Assembly: GCA_035940855.1 (NCBI GenBank)
Contig: DASZEM010000046.1
Location: 34,805-98,804, forward strand
Source: Thermoanaerobaculia bacterium
GTDB lineage: Bacteria > Acidobacteriota > Thermoanaerobaculia > Multivoradales > UBA5704
Reading direction: 5' to 3'
DNA length: 64,000 bases
Below the pieces are notes generated by a model. That model searched no databases. It had not been told where the DNA came from and was given only the letters and a program-made list of their open reading frames with translations. The translations under genes and the position numbers were made by a program. This document shows, piece by piece, positions 36,400 through 46,163 of the stretch. Every line of letters begins with the position of its first letter. The first letter of the stretch is position 1.

Positions 36400-38207
36400 G
36401 CCTTGAGCCCGTAGCGCTCCATCTTGATCGCCAGGCCGTTGCGGGAGAGGCCCAGCAGCCGGGCGGCCTGGGACTTGTTGCCGTTGGTGCGGCGCAGGGC
36501 CTCGCGGATGGCCGCCTGCTCGGCGCCGCTCACCAGCCGGTCGATCTCCAGGTCCGAGGCGGTGTCCACCCGGGTCGTGGCCGAGAGGGAGCCGTTCCTC
36601 ACCCGCTCGGGCAGCAGGTTCACGTCCACGGGCCGGCCCGCCGGGGACATGTAGACCAGATGGCGGGCGATGTTCTCGAGCTCCGCCAGGTTGCCCGGGT
36701 AGTCGTAGCTCAGCAGGGCCGACATGGCCTTGACCGTGATCCCCTGCATGCGCTTGCCCGTCTCGTGGCAGAACCGGTTGATGTAGGACTGGATCAGCAG
36801 CGGCAGGTCCTCGCGCCGGTCCCGGATCGGCGGCACCTCGATCATGAACTGCGAGAGCCGGTAGGCGAGGTCCACCCGGAAGAGGTCGCGCGCCACCACG
36901 GAGTCGAGCGGCGCCCGGCTGCCGGCGATCAGGCGCACATCCACGGGATGGGCCTCGTTGCTCCCCGAGGGCTCCACCTCGCCCGAGCGCAGGAAGCGCA
37001 CCAGCCGCGCCTGGAGCTCCATGGGAAGCTGCTCGATCTCATCGAGGAAGATCGTGCCGCCGTTGGCCAGGACGAGCTTGCCTTCACGGCGCACGGGGCC
37101 GCCCTTGCCCGGGACCTCGGCGCCGAACAGGTCGGCCTCGATCTGCTGGGGCTTGGCGCCGCCGCAGCTCGCGATCACGAAGGGCGCGTGGCGGCGGGGA
37201 CCGGAGAGGTGGAGCGAGCGGGCCAGCAGGTCCTTGCCCACCCCGGGCTCGCCCACGAGCAACACGTGGACGGGCGGATCGACGGCGGCCCGGAGCTGCT
37301 CGACCACCTGCTTCATGGCCAGCGACTCCCCCACCACCAGATTGGGATCGAGCGTCAGATCCTGCTGCCCCGGGTGGCCCGGCAGGATCGGCTCGTACCA
37401 CCCCACGTGGTGGACGAGCCCCAGCACCAGCAGGTGCCCCAGCGTGCTCAACGAGGCGGACGGCGACCAGGAGCCGGGGTCGAACCGCGGAAAGGCCGAG
37501 ACGAGCGTGTAGTCGCGGTCCAGGGCGACGAAGGACTGGTAGAAGATCCAAGCCGGCCCCTCCCCCAGATCGCCGCGGAAGGAGCCGCCCCGCTCGGGGC
37601 TGCGGTTGGTCTCGCGGTACTTGAGGAGCTGCCCCTGGAGCCGCTCGCCGCTCGCGAGCCACGCCGGATCGGTGGTCACCACCAGCTTCAGGGCGGCTCC
37701 CTCGAGCTCGCCCACGAGCAGGAAGAGGGCGCCGCCTCCGAAGTCCTCCAGCACCTCGGTGACCAGGGCCTCGGAGGTCGTGCGGCTCTCGGCGTCGGCC
37801 AGCACCCACTCGCTGATCCGGTTCAGGTGCTCGATCATGCGGTGGGAGGTGATCCGCGGCGGGCCATCGACCGTCTTCTCCTCGGCCGGCACCGGCGGGG
37901 TGGTCTCCTTCTCCGGCGTGGGGACGATGTCTTCCACCAGCAGGGTCACGCCCCCCAGGCGGATCTCGTCCAGCACCTCCAGCGAGGCCTCGCGCACCTT
38001 GCGCCCGCTCACCAGGAGGCCCTTGCGGGTACCCAGATCCTCGATCTTCAGCTCGTTGCCGTCATAGAGCAGCCGGGCGTGGCGCTGGGCCACTCCCGTG
38101 TACGGCAGGCAGATGTCGCACTCGGGCCAGCTCCCGATGATCAGCTCGTTCCGGTGGACAGGGAATCGCCGGACTCCGTCCGGTGCGTAGGCGACCAATC
38201 TCAACAT
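36396..38207 (-). CDS. Sigma-54-dependent transcriptional activator with N-terminal FHA domain
   Basis: Real start MLRLVAYAPDG (ATG 38205-38207); FHA (…HRNELIIGSWPECDICLPYTGVAQRHARLLYDGNELKIEDLGTRKG); AAA+ sigma-54 domain (VLLVGEPGVGKDLLARSLH…GAFTGA-like…ESELFGHE…); C-terminal Fis-type HTH. The 447-aa upstream extension in the track is an artefact. Confidence 0.85.
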   Translation of the reverse strand: MLRLVAYAPDGVRRFPVHRNELIIGSWPECDICLPYTGVAQRHARLLYDGNELKIEDLGTRKGLLVSGRKVREASLEVLDEIRLGGVTLLVEDIVPTPEKETTPPVPAEEKTVDGPPRITSHRMIEHLNRISEWVLADAESRTTSEALVTEVLEDFGGGALFLLVGELEGAALKLVVTTDPAWLASGERLQGQLLKYRETNRSPERGGSFRGDLGEGPAWIFYQSFVALDRDYTLVSAFPRFDPGSWSPSASLSTLGHLLVLGLVHHVGWYEPILPGHPGQQDLTLDPNLVVGESLAMKQVVEQLRAAVDPPVHVLLVGEPGVGKDLLARSLHLSGPRRHAPFVIASCGGAKPQQIEADLFGAEVPGKGGPVRREGKLVLANGGTIFLDEIEQLPMELQARLVRFLRSGEVEPSGSNEAHPVDVRLIAGSRAPLDSVVARDLFRVDLAYRLSQFMIEVPPIRDRREDLPLLIQSYINRFCHETGKRMQGITVKAMSALLSYDYPGNLAELENIARHLVYMSPAGRPVDVNLLPERVRNGSLSATTRVDTASDLEIDRLVSGAEQAAIREALRRTNGNKSQAARLLGLSRNGLAIKMERYGLKA

Positions 38208-38297
38208 CGGACCGCAAGTGTACTCCACCCCGCGGAGAAACCCCGCGCAAGCTTCTTGCAGCAGGCCGCTCCAGAGGGCATACCAAGGAGTGCATCG

Positions 38298-39470
38298 ATG
38301 AAGATCCTTATGAAAAGTAGAATTGCAGGCGCCATCTGTCTCGGCGTCCTGTCTCTGGCCCTGCCCGCGCTCGGGCAGCAGGTGAAGGAAGACCCGGCGC
38401 GCCTGCGCCTCGAATCCGCCTCGGCCGCCAAGGAAGGCAAGACGGCCCGTCTGGAGGAGATCGATCCCAAGACCCACGTCTGCGAGCATTTCGGGGCCAT
38501 CTCCTGCGGCCAGACGGTCACCGGCACCCTCACGACCCAGGACTGCCAGTTGAACGACGGCTCCCGCATCGACTTCTGGGAGTTCCAGGGCACCAACGGG
38601 CAGACGGCCACCGTCACGCTGACGTCCAATCAGGTGGACACCTACATCTTCCTCCTCAACCCGAGCTCCCAGTCCGTGGCGCAGAGCGACAGCGGCGCCG
38701 GGGGCACCAACGCCCGCGTCAGCTATCAACTGACGTCCACGGGGGCCTGGGCGATCGGCGCCAACGCCGCTCCCAACGAGACCGGCAACTACACGCTCAC
38801 CCTGGCCTGCTCCGGCACCGGCGGGGGCGGCGGCGTGCCGGCGGCTCCCTCGAACCTGCGGGCCACGGCGGCCTCCACCACCGAGGTGGACCTCGACTGG
38901 AACGACAACTCGAACAACGAGACCAGCTTCCGCGTCGAGGGCCGGGTGGCCGGCGGCACCTTCCAGGACCTGGGCGGCGTCAGCGCCAACTCGACCGGGG
39001 CCACCATCACCAACCTGCAGCCGGGCACGACCTACAGCTTCCGCGTGCGGGCCCGAAACGCCAGCGGCGACTCGCCCTACTCCAACGAGGCGACGGTGAC
39101 GACCCTTGGAGGGGGCGGTGGAGGCGACGGCTTCCTCACCACGCCGGCCTTCCCGGACTTCCGCTTCCGGGTGCGGATCACCCCGCTGGGCGGCGAGACC
39201 CGGGCCGGCGTCCGGGAGACCGACTGCGTGCCCGAGACGCTGTGCGTGAGCGGCGCCGTGCCGGGGCGGTCGGAGGTGTTCGTGCGCATCATCGGCCCGC
39301 GGCCCAACGGCTTCCTCTGGCCCACGATCGTCCGCTTCACCCCTTCGCGGGTGGAGGTGGACATCCAGCAGATCAGCACGGGGATCCAGAAGACCTACAT
39401 CCTGCCGGCCGTGCCGCCGGAGTCGGACGAGCTGTCCGGGCTGCAGGACCGGACGGGGTTCCGGCCGTAG
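38298..39470 (+). CDS. Secreted protein with pre-peptidase-C-terminal-like and fibronectin type III domains
   Basis: 391 aa; signal peptide MKILMKSRIAGAICLGVLSLALPALG; FN3 (PAAPSNLRATAASTTEVDLDWNDNSNNETSFRVEGR...YSFRVRARN); divergent from the sigma-54 activator with a 90-bp gap. Confidence 0.65.
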   Translation: MKILMKSRIAGAICLGVLSLALPALGQQVKEDPARLRLESASAAKEGKTARLEEIDPKTHVCEHFGAISCGQTVTGTLTTQDCQLNDGSRIDFWEFQGTNGQTATVTLTSNQVDTYIFLLNPSSQSVAQSDSGAGGTNARVSYQLTSTGAWAIGANAAPNETGNYTLTLACSGTGGGGGVPAAPSNLRATAASTTEVDLDWNDNSNNETSFRVEGRVAGGTFQDLGGVSANSTGATITNLQPGTTYSFRVRARNASGDSPYSNEATVTTLGGGGGGDGFLTTPAFPDFRFRVRITPLGGETRAGVRETDCVPETLCVSGAVPGRSEVFVRIIGPRPNGFLWPTIVRFTPSRVEVDIQQISTGIQKTYILPAVPPESDELSGLQDRTGFRP

Positions 39471-39483
39471 TATCCTCCGGTCC

Positions 39484-40503
39484 GTGAACGACCTGTTCCT
39501 GCGTACCTGCCGCGGGGAAGCGACCGAGCGCCGGCCTGTGTGGATCATGCGCCAGGCCGGCCGCTACCTCCCCGAGTACCGGGCGGTCCGCCAGAAGGTG
39601 GACTTCCTCACCCTGTGCAAGACCCCGGAGCTGGCCGCCGAGGTGACGATCCAGCCCGTGGACATCCTCGGCGTGGACGCGGCCATCCTCTTCGCCGACA
39701 TCCTGCTCCCCCTGGAGGCCATGGGGGCCGAGCTGCGGTTCGTCAAGGGCGACGGCCCGTCCTTCCCCGACCCCGTGCGCACCCGCGAGGACGTCGCCCG
39801 CCTGCGCAACCCCGAGGTCGAGGAGACGCTGGGCTACGTCTTCGACGCCATGCGGCTCGTGCGGAAAGAGCTCGACGGCCGCGTGCCCGTGCTCGGCTTC
39901 GGCGGCACGCCGTGGACGCTCGCGGCCTATCTCGTGGAAGGCGGCGGCTCCAAGCACTTCGAGCACCTGCTGGCCTGGAGCTACGGCGATCCGGAAGGGC
40001 TCGCCGTGCTTCTGGATCGGGTCGCCGACACCTCGATCGCCTATCTCCAAGGGCAGATCGCGGCCGGCGCCCAGGCTCTCCAGCTCTTCGACACCTGGGG
40101 CGGCCTGCTCGACCTGGAGCGCTGGCGGTCGATCGCCATGCCGCCCCTGCGGAAGATCGTGGCGGCGATCCAGGGGAAAGTGCCGCTCATCTACTACATC
40201 AACGGCGGCTCCCACCTCCTGCCGGCTCTCCAGGAGCTGGACGTGGACGTGCTGTCCGTCGACTGGCGCGTGCCGCTCTCCCAGGTGCGGCAGGCCGTGG
40301 GTCCCCGCGTGCTCCAGGGGAACCTCGACCCGGCGGCGCTCCTGGGGCCCATTCCCGAGATCGAGCGCCGCACCGCGGCCCTCATCGAGCAGGGCCGCGG
40401 CGGCGGGCACATCGTGAACCTGGGGCACGGCATCCTGCCCATGGTGCCGGTCGAGAACGCCAAGGCGTTCGTGGACGCGGTGAAGCGGCTGCCCGTACCC
40501 TAG
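39484..40503 (+). CDS. hemE: Uroporphyrinogen decarboxylase
   Basis: 339 aa; N-terminal RPVWIMRQAGRYLPEY motif and conserved HemE core. Confidence 0.9.
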   Translation: MNDLFLRTCRGEATERRPVWIMRQAGRYLPEYRAVRQKVDFLTLCKTPELAAEVTIQPVDILGVDAAILFADILLPLEAMGAELRFVKGDGPSFPDPVRTREDVARLRNPEVEETLGYVFDAMRLVRKELDGRVPVLGFGGTPWTLAAYLVEGGGSKHFEHLLAWSYGDPEGLAVLLDRVADTSIAYLQGQIAAGAQALQLFDTWGGLLDLERWRSIAMPPLRKIVAAIQGKVPLIYYINGGSHLLPALQELDVDVLSVDWRVPLSQVRQAVGPRVLQGNLDPAALLGPIPEIERRTAALIEQGRGGGHIVNLGHGILPMVPVENAKAFVDAVKRLPVP

Positions 40504-41423
40504 TGGTGCGTGGAGCCGGCCGGGTTCTTCTTCGACGCCTCCAGGCTGCCGTAGACCGTGGCGATCCACGTCTTGGTGTCGATGAAGCCCGAGCCCCAGT
40601 CCTTCCACTCGTCGGGCAGGCCCTGGGCCTGGATCTGCTCCAGGGTCTTGCCCGCCGCCACCTGCTTGCGGACGATCTCCGTCGTGGCCACCAGCATGCC
40701 GTGGTACTTCCTAAGGTCCGCCACCGTAGCGAGGTTGCCGTGGCCGGGAATGATCTTGGCGTCGGCGGGGATCTTGCCGAGCACCTTGCCCACGTTGTCG
40801 GTCATCCCCTGGACGCTGCCGCCGTTCTCCAGGTCCACGAAGGGGAAGCGGCCGAGGAAGAAGTCGTCGCCCATGTGGACCACGTTGGACTTGGTGAAGA
40901 AGATGACGCTGTCGCCGTCCGTGTGGCCGTGGGGGTAGTGGATGGCCTTGATCTCCTCGCCGTTGAAGTGGACGGAGACCGCGTCCTCGAAGGTGATCAC
41001 GGGCAGGCCGGCGGCCGTCATGGGCTCGACCTTCTCGCCGCGGACCGACGTGCCTGACGCCAGGCGCTTGCGCACGTTCTCCTGGGCGATGATGGGCGCC
41101 TCGGGGCCGAACTGCGGATTGCTGCCCGTGTGGTCGCCGTGGTAGTGGGTATTGAGGACGAACTTGAGCTTGCCGGGGTTGATCCCCTTGAGGGCCGCCC
41201 GGATCTTGTCGGCCAGGGGCGCGTACTGGTCGTCGACGATGAGGATGCCGTCCGGACCGGCCGATACGCCGATGTTCCCGCCCGCGCCCTGCAACATGTA
41301 GATGTTGCCGGCGACGGGCACCACCTTCATCTCCACCTTCGAGAAGTCCTGCTGCTGGGCCACCACGGGAACCGCCGTCAGGGCCAGTCCGGCGGCGAGC
41401 CCCAACCAACTCGCTCTGCTCAT
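40500..41423 (-). CDS. Secreted MBL-fold metallo-hydrolase
   Basis: 307 aa; signal peptide; HxHxDH motif NTHYHGDHTGSN; downstream H and D ligands. Confidence 0.8.
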   Translation of the reverse strand: MSRASWLGLAAGLALTAVPVVAQQQDFSKVEMKVVPVAGNIYMLQGAGGNIGVSAGPDGILIVDDQYAPLADKIRAALKGINPGKLKFVLNTHYHGDHTGSNPQFGPEAPIIAQENVRKRLASGTSVRGEKVEPMTAAGLPVITFEDAVSVHFNGEEIKAIHYPHGHTDGDSVIFFTKSNVVHMGDDFFLGRFPFVDLENGGSVQGMTDNVGKVLGKIPADAKIIPGHGNLATVADLRKYHGMLVATTEIVRKQVAAGKTLEQIQAQGLPDEWKDWGSGFIDTKTWIATVYGSLEASKKNPAGSTHH

Positions 41424-41471
41424 GAATGCCTCCTCAGAGAATCAGCAAAACCGGCAGGACTCTAGCACGCC

Positions 41472-44400
41472 CTACCCGCCCCCCGTCACCCGCAGCACGG
41501 CGTTGGCGAGGCGGCCCAGAAGCGCCCCGACCTCCGGGAATTGGGTGGCGACGAGGCCCAGGGCGGGGATGCCCACGTAGGTGAAGATCTTCGTCCAGAA
41601 GGTGCGGTCGAAGCTCACCTTGCCGGGCGTGGTCTCGCCGATGCGGCTCAGCGTGGCGTTACGGTCCATCTGGAGGAAGACGAGGAGCGTCAGCCCCACG
41701 GCCGCGGCCAGGGCGAGCACGACGGCCAGGCTCACGAACTGCTTGGGCTGGAACACGTAGGCCGTCACCCCCACCAGGGCGAAGAGGCCGCAGATCAGGG
41801 CGCCGATCAGGCAGCACCGCATGTGGGCGAAGACGTAGCGCAGCCAGGCCGACACCCGCAGGGCGAAGAACTGCAGCACGTCGGGCTCGCCGCCGTGCCG
41901 GCGCAGGTCGATGCAGGCCTGGCGGAAGATCTCTTCCAGGTGGTTGCGGGCCGCGATCTCCTGGGGCGAGCCGTCGTCCCGCTCGTTGGCGAAGACCTCC
42001 TTCAGCCGCTCGTCCAGGGCTTCGGGACCGCCAGGGATGGCGACCTTGCCTGCCGCGGCCAGGGCTTTGAGCCGGCGCACGGAGACGGTGGGCGTCTTGA
42101 ACGGCGGGAGCTGCCAGCTGAAGGACTGGATGGGCCGCCATTCGAGGTCCTTGGCGATCGCCTTGAACGCATCCGCCACCTCGGCCGAGGCGTTGTCCAG
42201 CCGGCGCAGGAGACGCGACGTCCACCGCCAGAGCAGGAAGAAGCGGAAGTAGGAGAGGGCCCCCAGAGAGAGCGCCAGGGTGACGAAGAGGATGAACAGG
42301 CGGCCGTACCCCCGGGCCTCCCCCACCGGCAGCACCGTGGCCCACAGCAGGAAGACGGGCGGCAGGAAGGCCACGGCGGGCAGGAACCAGAACCGCCGGT
42401 CCTCCGGGAAGGTACGGATGAGCAGGGCACGGACGGCCTTGAGGATGGGATCGACCCCCGCGACCGCCGGGTCGCCCAGGTTCTCCACCGGGCAGTCCGT
42501 GGACTGGCGGGCGATCAGCCGGCGGCGCTTGAGCTCCCACAGGATCCAGGCGTAGACGGCGCCGCCCACGGCCGCGAGCGAGACCAGGGGCGAGAGCCCC
42601 GAGGAGAATGCCCGCGCCCGCAGATGGAAGAACTCGACCTGCCGGCCCGGCACGCAGAGCCCCCAGACGATGGCGCCCAGGACCACCAGGGCCGCCACGC
42701 CGGCCAGGGCCCAGGCGAGCCCCTGGACCCGCGTGACCCGGCCGTGGGCCGACCGGGCGGTGTTCGCGACCAGCAGGGCGTAGACGGCGGCCAGCCCCGC
42801 GAGATAGAGGATCTGCGCCGTCTCCCAGCGCACCCCCAGCCGGCCGAGCGAAAGGTAGCGGGCCCACAGCGGCATGCTGCCCACGGCCAGGAGCATCCCC
42901 GCCGCCAGGGCAAGGAGGATCAAGCCCAGCACCAGCAGGCGGCGGCTGCCGGGGGTCGGATCCAGGGGCAAGCCCGGCACGGGTGTCACCAGTGCGGCCC
43001 GGCGCAGCAGGTAGCCGAGCGCCACGAGCCCCAGGGCCACGAGCAGCATCTGGAGGTCGTCCTTGCCGGCGAAGCCGTTGCCTTCCATTTCGGCCCGGCT
43101 GTCCGGGTCCACCGGGTTGCCGCAGAGCCGGGCCGCCAGGTGGCCTCCCGGCACCGGCAGGCGCGCCACCGGCCAGAGCGAGCCATTGCCCACGGCCGTG
43201 ATCCAGGCACGGGGCCGGGACACGTTGGTCTCCCCCAGGAGGTAGCGCACCGCCTCGTAATCCCCCTGCTGGAGCTCGCTCGTGGACTGCCGCCTCTCCC
43301 GCCCCCCCTCGCTCCGCAGCGAGCCCGCGAGCCAGGGCGCTCCCTCGGTGAACAGGGGCGCGCTGGTGAAGACCAGCATGCCGTCCAGCGTCTCCGCGTA
43401 TTGGGGATGGGCGAAGAGCAGGTCGTTGTCGAAGGTGAAGAGAACGGTGTCGGGAGCGGCCTCCCGCACCTTCTCGGCCAGGAAGAGCTTGTCCTTGGGA
43501 TCGGTGGCCACGATGCCCACGGCCTGGACGCCCTCCCGGGCGAGCGTCTCGAGCAGGTTCTGGAGCATCAGCTCGTTGCTGCGCAGCGTCAGCTCGTTGA
43601 AGGTGGGGACGAGGTCCGGCGGCCGGTCGGGGTCGGTGAGATCGATGTCGAGCAGCCGGCGGCCCGCGGGGAGCGGAGCACTGGCGGCGTTCTTCTCCTC
43701 TTTGCCCTTCTCCGCCTGGGCGGCGTTGCGCAGCTCCGAGATGTGGCTGGGGAACGGCACCATGATGAGCCGGGGATGCTTGTGCTCCTCCTCGTCGCCG
43801 GAGGTCTCGGCCTTGAGCACGCTGCTGCCGTAGGCCGTGTCGGACTCGGTGAGCAGGGCCACGCGGGAGAGGTCCCAGCCCATCTCGTCTCTCAGGAAGG
43901 GCAGGGCCAGCTCTTGAAGCACGCCGTCCGGCACCACGGTGCGGCAGAACTCGACCCCCATCTCTTCGAAGACCGGTTCGAGCGCCTGCGCCGTGGCCGA
44001 GCCCGAGGCCGCCCGGAAGTGCAGGAGCGGGCGCGGGGGCACGCCCCGGTGCTCCTGCTCCCAGGTCTTCCAGCCGCCCATGGCCACCCGCAGCGACTCG
44101 ACGGATCCCGAAAAAGACGGCCCCAGGATGCTCACCTGGGCGCCTTCCGGCTCCGCGGCGTCCTCGTTGCCCTCAGTGCTCTCAGGCAGGGGTTGAAGGT
44201 CGGCGATCAGGTCCAGGGCCTCGCGGAAGGCGTCCTTCTGGAGCCCGGCCTTGGGCGTCTCCCCGACCAGGAAGACCAGGGCCAGCGTGCGGGTGCCATC
44301 CGCCCACTGCTTGCGGAAGAGGAGGAGGCCTGGAGACCCCTGCGCCGCGGCCTCGCGCTTCGCGCCCTCTCCCGTCCAGGGCAGCCAGACGCGGTCCACG

Positions 44401-44759
44401 AGCCAGCCCGACTGGGCGAAGCCCCTCTGGAGGGCGTCGAGGGCCTGGTCGAGCCGGGGGTCCGGCGGCACGGGCACCAGGGCCATCAGGAAGCGCATCT
44501 CGTAGCCCGCCCGCGCCGCCGCCTCCCCCACTCCGGCGGGCTCCGCCGTGCCGGGCGGCAGGCCGAAGAACTCTCCCAGCACGCGGAGGATCTCGCACCG
44601 TGGTCCCGGGCAAGGCGAGGACGCCTCCGTCCGCGGGGACGGCTTGGATTGGGACGCCGTGGTGGGCGCCTTGTCCGGCACGGCGATCCGCGCCGCCGGG
44701 TAGCCCACCATCAGCCCCGCGATCAGGAGCAGCCAGGGCGGAGCCTTCCTCATGGCCAT
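41472..44759 (-). CDS. Large (1095 aa) hypothetical membrane protein: signal peptide, periplasmic-binding-protein-like N-terminal domain, then ~10 TM helices
   Basis: Coherent long ORF with the hydrophobicity pattern of a real membrane protein; no recognisable catalytic motif. Confidence 0.55.
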   Translation of the reverse strand: MAMRKAPPWLLLIAGLMVGYPAARIAVPDKAPTTASQSKPSPRTEASSPCPGPRCEILRVLGEFFGLPPGTAEPAGVGEAAARAGYEMRFLMALVPVPPDPRLDQALDALQRGFAQSGWLVDRVWLPWTGEGAKREAAAQGSPGLLLFRKQWADGTRTLALVFLVGETPKAGLQKDAFREALDLIADLQPLPESTEGNEDAAEPEGAQVSILGPSFSGSVESLRVAMGGWKTWEQEHRGVPPRPLLHFRAASGSATAQALEPVFEEMGVEFCRTVVPDGVLQELALPFLRDEMGWDLSRVALLTESDTAYGSSVLKAETSGDEEEHKHPRLIMVPFPSHISELRNAAQAEKGKEEKNAASAPLPAGRRLLDIDLTDPDRPPDLVPTFNELTLRSNELMLQNLLETLAREGVQAVGIVATDPKDKLFLAEKVREAAPDTVLFTFDNDLLFAHPQYAETLDGMLVFTSAPLFTEGAPWLAGSLRSEGGRERRQSTSELQQGDYEAVRYLLGETNVSRPRAWITAVGNGSLWPVARLPVPGGHLAARLCGNPVDPDSRAEMEGNGFAGKDDLQMLLVALGLVALGYLLRRAALVTPVPGLPLDPTPGSRRLLVLGLILLALAAGMLLAVGSMPLWARYLSLGRLGVRWETAQILYLAGLAAVYALLVANTARSAHGRVTRVQGLAWALAGVAALVVLGAIVWGLCVPGRQVEFFHLRARAFSSGLSPLVSLAAVGGAVYAWILWELKRRRLIARQSTDCPVENLGDPAVAGVDPILKAVRALLIRTFPEDRRFWFLPAVAFLPPVFLLWATVLPVGEARGYGRLFILFVTLALSLGALSYFRFFLLWRWTSRLLRRLDNASAEVADAFKAIAKDLEWRPIQSFSWQLPPFKTPTVSVRRLKALAAAGKVAIPGGPEALDERLKEVFANERDDGSPQEIAARNHLEEIFRQACIDLRRHGGEPDVLQFFALRVSAWLRYVFAHMRCCLIGALICGLFALVGVTAYVFQPKQFVSLAVVLALAAAVGLTLLVFLQMDRNATLSRIGETTPGKVSFDRTFWTKIFTYVGIPALGLVATQFPEVGALLGRLANAVLRVTGGG

Positions 44760-44801
44760 AGCCTTTAGGGCGTGGCGATTGGGAAGAATGTTACCAGACG
44801 C

Positions 44802-45785
44802 TCAACGATTCCAGAGGCTCAATAGGTCGGCTTCGCGCCCGGGCGGGAAATCGTAGGGGTCGCGGCCCTGGGGATCCTCGGCAACCCAGCCGTGGACGTC
44901 CCGGACGGTGTCGGCCAGGGGACGGTAGATCAGCCCCTTCTCGATGGCGCGGGTGTGGTCCGTGAGGTTGTAGCCGTGCTTTCCCTCGTGGAGCCAGAAG
45001 GGCAGCCGGACGCCCCGGTCCTCCAGGAAATCGTCGGGGACCCAGGTGAAGCGGGCATCCGATCCCAAAGTATCGCGGCAGGCGTGGAGCATCCCTTCCA
45101 TCGTCAGGAGGTCCCGGGGGCCCGTCGCGTTGTAGATGCCGGTCTCGCGGCGCTCCGTTATCACCACGACCCAGACGGCGAGGTCGCGGGCGTCGATCAG
45201 CTCCACCGGACGATCGGGCCGGCCGGGTGCCAGCACCTCGCCGCCCCGGGCCGCGCGCTCCACCCAGTAGGTGAAGCGGCCGGTGGGATCCCACGGGCCC
45301 ACGATGATGCAGGGCCGCACGAGGAGCGCCCGGTCCGGCACGGCCTCCTGAACGAAGCGCTCACAGAGAGCTTTGAGCCTGCCGTAACCGCGAGGAGGGA
45401 CGTTGCTCAGGTCCTCGTCCCCCGGCGCCGGCTGCTCGAGAGGGGCGTCCTCATCCATTCCGGGGATCCAGTCGGCGTAGACCGAGAGGGTGGAGACGTA
45501 GACGTACCGCTCGACGGCCCCGGCCAGCCGCTCCGCCGAGGCCCGGACCTCCTTCGGCAGGTAGCCGTTGACGTCGATCACGGCGTCCCAACGCCGGCCG
45601 TCGAGCCGGGAGAGGTCGCGACCGCGGTCCCCCTGGACATGCTCGGCCTGCGGGAACAGGTCCGGATTCGTCCGGCCGCGGTTGAAGAGGGTGACCCGGT
45701 GCCCCGCCGCGAGGGCGGCCTCGGTCAGGTGGCGGCCCACGAAGCGGGTGCCGCCCAGGATCAGCAACGAGAGGCGCTCTCCCAT
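44802..45785 (-). CDS. NAD(P)-dependent epimerase/dehydratase family protein (SDR)
   Basis: Start MGERLSLLILGGTRFVGRHL (Rossmann GxxGxxG); track N-terminal extension rejected. Confidence 0.7.
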   Translation of the reverse strand: MGERLSLLILGGTRFVGRHLTEAALAAGHRVTLFNRGRTNPDLFPQAEHVQGDRGRDLSRLDGRRWDAVIDVNGYLPKEVRASAERLAGAVERYVYVSTLSVYADWIPGMDEDAPLEQPAPGDEDLSNVPPRGYGRLKALCERFVQEAVPDRALLVRPCIIVGPWDPTGRFTYWVERAARGGEVLAPGRPDRPVELIDARDLAVWVVVITERRETGIYNATGPRDLLTMEGMLHACRDTLGSDARFTWVPDDFLEDRGVRLPFWLHEGKHGYNLTDHTRAIEKGLIYRPLADTVRDVHGWVAEDPQGRDPYDFPPGREADLLSLWNR

Positions 45786-45850
45786 TTGTCCCTCCGGGAG
45801 GGATTCATAGCACGTTCTTGAATAGGACCTGAACCACGAAAGGAGACGCA

Positions 45851-46129
45851 ATGTCCAAGCTGATCAGGAATGGAGCCGCTCCCCGAAGCCTGCGCCTCGT
45901 CTTCGCCCTCGCCCTGCTGGCGGCCAGCCTGGGGCTGACCTTCTTCCCCGGCAAAGCGTGCGCCCTCTGGGCGGAAAAGACGACCGAACGCTATTTCTCG
46001 GACGGCACCTACACCACGGAAGTGGGGCGTTGCGTCGACAACGGCTGCACGGGGACCTATACCTGTACGGGCACACAAACGCAGTGGGTGACGACCACCA
46101 CCCAGATCATCACTTGCCGGGGAGTGTAG
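45851..46129 (+). CDS. Small secreted Cys/Thr-rich protein (92 aa)
   Basis: Excellent RBS AAAGGAG 5 nt upstream; signal peptide; mature part GRCVDNGCTGTYTCTGTQTQWVTTTTQIITCRG. Confidence 0.55.
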   Translation: MSKLIRNGAAPRSLRLVFALALLAASLGLTFFPGKACALWAEKTTERYFSDGTYTTEVGRCVDNGCTGTYTCTGTQTQWVTTTTQIITCRGV

Positions 46130-46136
46130 GCAGGTT

Positions 46137-46162
46137 GCGCCCGGGCAGCCATGCCCGGGCGC
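46137..46162. terminator. Perfect 11-bp-stem hairpin (GCGCCCGGGCA-GCCA-TGCCCGGGCGC) between convergent genes
   Basis: Seen in sequence; bidirectional terminator candidate. Confidence 0.5.
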
Positions 46163-46163
46163 C

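Noticed and set aside
41541-44768. 1075-aa plus-strand ORF
   Set aside because: Antisense to the 1095-aa membrane protein, whose hydrophobicity periodicity marks it as the real frame.
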